From: a virus
Taxonomy: Duplodnaviria > Caudoviricetes
DNA length: 58,993 nt
IMG/VR virus record: IMGVR_UViG_3300044448_006448
Coordinates: 1-58,993 of that record
Strand: one strand, 5' to 3'
Under the pieces are notes generated by a model. It had not been told where the DNA came from, did no database searches, and saw only the letters and a list, made by a program, of their open reading frames with translations. Position 1 is the first letter of the stretch. Each line of letters begins with the position of its first letter. This document shows positions 55,976 to 58,993 of this stretch, piece after piece. The position numbers and the translations under genes are program-made.

Positions 55976-57219
55976 TGCCTAAAAATAAAAAATTTGGGGC
56001 TCCTGCAAGAAAAGGATTAAACCTTGGAGGAATGCAGGGTTTAATAAGGTCTGGAAGAGTTAAATTTGTTTTATTAAATAATAAAGAAAATGAAGATGTT
56101 TTTAAAACTAATGGAGAATGGTCTGGATTAGGGGGTATATTATATGAAGATATAGGTCAACCTACTCCTGAGGGAGGATTACCTTCTAATTTTGCAAAAC
56201 CATTATTTCCTAATATAAAAATCCCACCAGTTTTAAATGAACTTGTTTATATAATAGATTTACCAACACCTGGAGTTCAAGAAGATATAAACGCTGTAAC
56301 ACATTATTATTTCCAACCAATTAATATGTGGAACAGTGTACACCACAACGCGGTTCCAGATACAGTAATATCAGAGGATGATCCAACAGATGATTATGAT
56401 AAGACAGAATCAGGATTTGTTAGAAAAGTAACTGATGGTGCTACTGATATTGATTTAGGAAAAACTTTTAATGAAAAAATAGATACTAGAAATCTTCAAT
56501 TATATGAAGGAGATATAGTATTACAAGGAAGATGGGGTCAGAGTTTAAGATTTGGAAGTACAGTAGCAAATGGTACTCCTACTAATTTATGGTCGTCGAC
56601 TGGAGAAAATGGTGAACCAATTACAATAATTAGAAACCAACAATATAAAGATTCTTCTATCCCAACATGGGAAACTCAATTAGAAGATATAAATAAAGAT
56701 AAATCATCAGTTTATTTAACTTCAACACAAAGAATACCACTTAGAGCTAGATCAAATTATGAATCATATACTGCTGGATTTGGGGAAACACCATCATCCC
56801 CATCATCTTACAGAGGTTCTCAAATAATATTAAACTCAGGAAGATTAATGTTTAACGCTAAATCAGATCATATTTTATTAGCTACAGGAAGAACTATTAG
56901 TTTTAATGCTGGTAAAGGATTTAATTTTGATACTACTGCTAATTTTGTAGTAAAAGTAGGAACTCAAATAAATTTAGGGGATAGAGCAGATAACGGAGCA
57001 GATGAACCTATAATATTAGGTAATAAATTTCTAAAACAATTTAAAACATTGTTAACAAAATTAAATAGTCTATGTACAGCATTACCTTCAGTAGGAACAC
57101 CAGCACCGGGTGTACCAAATGTAGCAGTAGCTGCACAAGCCACATTTTTATCAGTACATATTCAACAAATGATGATAGAAATAGAAAATTATAAATCAAA
57201 AACAACATTTACTAAATAA
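55975..57219 (+). CDS. Probable baseplate hub/spike protein (gp5/GpV-like)
   Basis: A.PL...P..NE.V OB-fold-like motif, EGD....GRWGQSLRFG, beta-repeat region and I.LG....EP..LG tail. Confidence 0.65.
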   Translation: MPKNKKFGAPARKGLNLGGMQGLIRSGRVKFVLLNNKENEDVFKTNGEWSGLGGILYEDIGQPTPEGGLPSNFAKPLFPNIKIPPVLNELVYIIDLPTPGVQEDINAVTHYYFQPINMWNSVHHNAVPDTVISEDDPTDDYDKTESGFVRKVTDGATDIDLGKTFNEKIDTRNLQLYEGDIVLQGRWGQSLRFGSTVANGTPTNLWSSTGENGEPITIIRNQQYKDSSIPTWETQLEDINKDKSSVYLTSTQRIPLRARSNYESYTAGFGETPSSPSSYRGSQIILNSGRLMFNAKSDHILLATGRTISFNAGKGFNFDTTANFVVKVGTQINLGDRADNGADEPIILGNKFLKQFKTLLTKLNSLCTALPSVGTPAPGVPNVAVAAQATFLSVHIQQMMIEIENYKSKTTFTK

Positions 57220-58993
57220 TGGCTTTAGATAAAATTATAAATTCGAAAGTTGTTTCTAATGTTAAAAAATTAGCTCAAAATGAAAAAGTTGTAGAAATTC
57301 TTAAAGAGCAATTTGTTACTAAATTAGGCATCCCTAAATGTCCAATGAAGCCTGAATTATTAAGAATAAATAATACTAAAAATCAACTAGTAAATTCAAT
57401 TGGTAGAGTATTAGAACAAGTAAATAAATTAGATAAATTTGCAACTGATACTGAAAAAATGATTAGTAATATTAGGAATGTTGTTAAAACCATAAAAGCA
57501 ATTCCAATTCCAACATCTGTTCCTCCTGGGGTTGGTATACCTGTTAATGTTATTACAACTTTAGCTGATGTTTTAGATTTTATAGGAAAAATGTTAGACA
57601 AAGGAAAAGGAGCAGTAGAGTCAGTTAAACCCGCTATAAAAGTTATACAAGATACATTAAATAAATTTATAGAAGATTTAAATAAATTAGATGGACTTAT
57701 AGGTAATTGTTTAATAGAGGAAGTTAAAAGAAGTATGGAATGGGATCCTAATACTGATTATGTTCCTGGGAATAAAGTATCAAGAACTTTATTTTGTAAA
57801 TCATTAGTAGCATCTACAGCATCTCCATTAACATCCGATGAGTGGGAAGTAGTACCGGGCCCGGGTGTTCCATTAGAAGAAGATACTACCCCTGAATGGG
57901 AATTTGGTCAAGAATATCCTGAACTTTCTATAGTAAAATATGTAACTTATTACACATCTTTATCAGATAATATAACAAAAATACCAGAAGATACTATATC
58001 AGTAGATTGGGATGGAGAATTACCTAGTGTAGCATTAGCAGAAGCAGGGGCGCAAATGGAAGAAGAAATTAATTTTGAAGCAACAAAAGTAGGAGATTCT
58101 TCTGATGTTGAAGAAAATGTTCAAACAGAAGTAGATTTAGAAACAGCCTTAACAACCCCACCTGGACTTTATTATGCTCCTTATTATTTGTTATTAGAAT
58201 ATGATCCTGAACAAGAAATAATTCCACGAAGAAGAATAGTAGCAACTCATGAAGATGATGAAGATGATAAATTAATAAATGACTTTTCATTTAGTGCAAC
58301 AACCCAGGTTTTATTTAATGAAATGAAATTTAGAATAGATACATTAGGTTCTAATTTTGATCTTTCAATAATAGGAGAAATACCATCATTTGATGAAAAA
58401 GAAGCATCAAGAGATTCAATTACACCTATAGTAAAAGCAAAATATCCATCATGGACACCAGAAGAAATAAATGAATTATTTGACAAAGCATGGAAAGTAA
58501 CAACTGAAAGAGGTCCTGGTGATAGTTGGTATGATAATCTTGCTGATGCTGCATATGAAAATATGACAGACATTATAACTGAAGCTATGGATGCTTATGT
58601 TTGGTTATTTAGAACAGAAAGAATTAATTTAGTTGCTACTACTATGAGAAGATTTAATGTTAGTGAAGAAGATGCTAAATATATGAATGACTTAGTTGAT
58701 AGTTTTGGAAATATAGATACAGGTGGTTCTATAAATTCAACATCTCATGAAGTAGTTATTGATAATTGGAAAGGAATTCCATTTTGGTCTGGTCAAACTA
58801 GTGGAGGAGTTAATGTACCTACTTACAGAGTTATATCATTACAAGGAACAAACAATCAATATGGTATTACTAACGATAGTGTTAGATACAATGCTCAATA
58901 TGGAGAAAATAATAGATACATACAGGATGGAAATAATAAAGTAAATTTTAGACGTCAAGCATTAATAGAATTAGGATTATTACTTCGTCTAGA
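57219..58993 (+). CDS. Large probable virion protein, truncated at the window end (not in the ORF track)
   Basis: ATG at 57219 overlaps the previous stop; the frame is open at the start, middle and end segments I translated. PTSVPPGVGIP motif and two CBM5/12-like repeats. Confidence 0.75.
   Translation, partial: MALDKIINSKVVSNVKKLAQNEKVVEILKEQFVTKLGIPKCPMKPELLRINNTKNQLVNSIGRVLEQVNKLDKFATDTEKMISNIRNVVKTIKAIPIPTSVPPGVGIPVNVITTLADVLDFIGKMLDKGKGAVESVKPAIKVIQDTLNKFIEDLNKLDGLIGNCLIEEVKRSMEWDPNTDYVPGNKVSRTLFCKSLVASTASPLTSDEWEVVPGPGVPLEEDTTPEWEFGQEYPELSIVKYVTYYTSLSDNITKIPEDTISVDWDGELPSVALAEAGAQMEEEINFEATKVGDSSDVEENVQTEVDLETALTTPPGLYYAPYYLLLEYDPEQEIIPRRRIVATHEDDEDDKLINDFSFSATTQVLFNEMKFRIDTLGSNFDLSIIGEIPSFDEKEASRDSITPIVKAKYPSWTPEEINELFDKAWKVTTERGPGDSWYDNLADAAYENMTDIITEAMDAYVWLFRTERINLVATTMRRFNVSEEDAKYMNDLVDSFGNIDTGGSINSTSHEVVIDNWKGIPFWSGQTSGGVNVPTYRVISLQGTNNQYGITNDSVRYNAQYGENNRYIQDGNNKVNFRRQALIELGLLLRL

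Noticed and set aside
2536-58573. All minus-strand ORFs in the track
   Set aside because: They are short antisense shadows of clear + strand genes, rich in Ile/Phe/Ser/Leu, with no recognisable motifs.
1-58993. Stop-codon reassignment
   Set aside because: Genes are full length and tightly packed under the standard code; TAA, TAG and TGA all end genes.

Overview
This AT-rich, gene-dense window reads as part of a large tailed dsDNA phage genome with T4-like modules: gp44/gp62-like clamp loader, gp55-like sigma factor and a gp5-like baseplate protein. Every credible gene is on the + strand and uses the standard code. The host is most likely a Bacteroidota/Flavobacteria member, judged from about 15 promoters with a (T/G)TTG-N20-TAYMTT layout, no Shine-Dalgarno motifs, a Bacteroidota-type bS21 and a Bacteroidota-type tmRNA resume site. 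Layout: chaperones (Hsp20, GroES, GroEL) and replication accessories (1-6.3 kb); a ~22 kb glycosylation and nonulosonic-acid cluster (6.3-28.4 kb); an operon of acidic proteins sharing an N-terminal FDLxKYLxE motif (31.5-36.8 kb); an outer-membrane-protein operon; a run of small, probably early genes with repeated promoter cassettes and several structured non-coding segments (37.7-52 kb); then a circularly permuted tmRNA, the sigma factor and baseplate genes. Best leads: the permuted tmRNA with a 36-residue tag, the putative capsid-targeted polyprotein operon, the three-NeuB sugar pathway with dioxygenase-fused transferase, a panhandle enclosing hsp20, and unclassified structured RNAs. All calls come from reading motifs by eye; no searches or folding programs were run.
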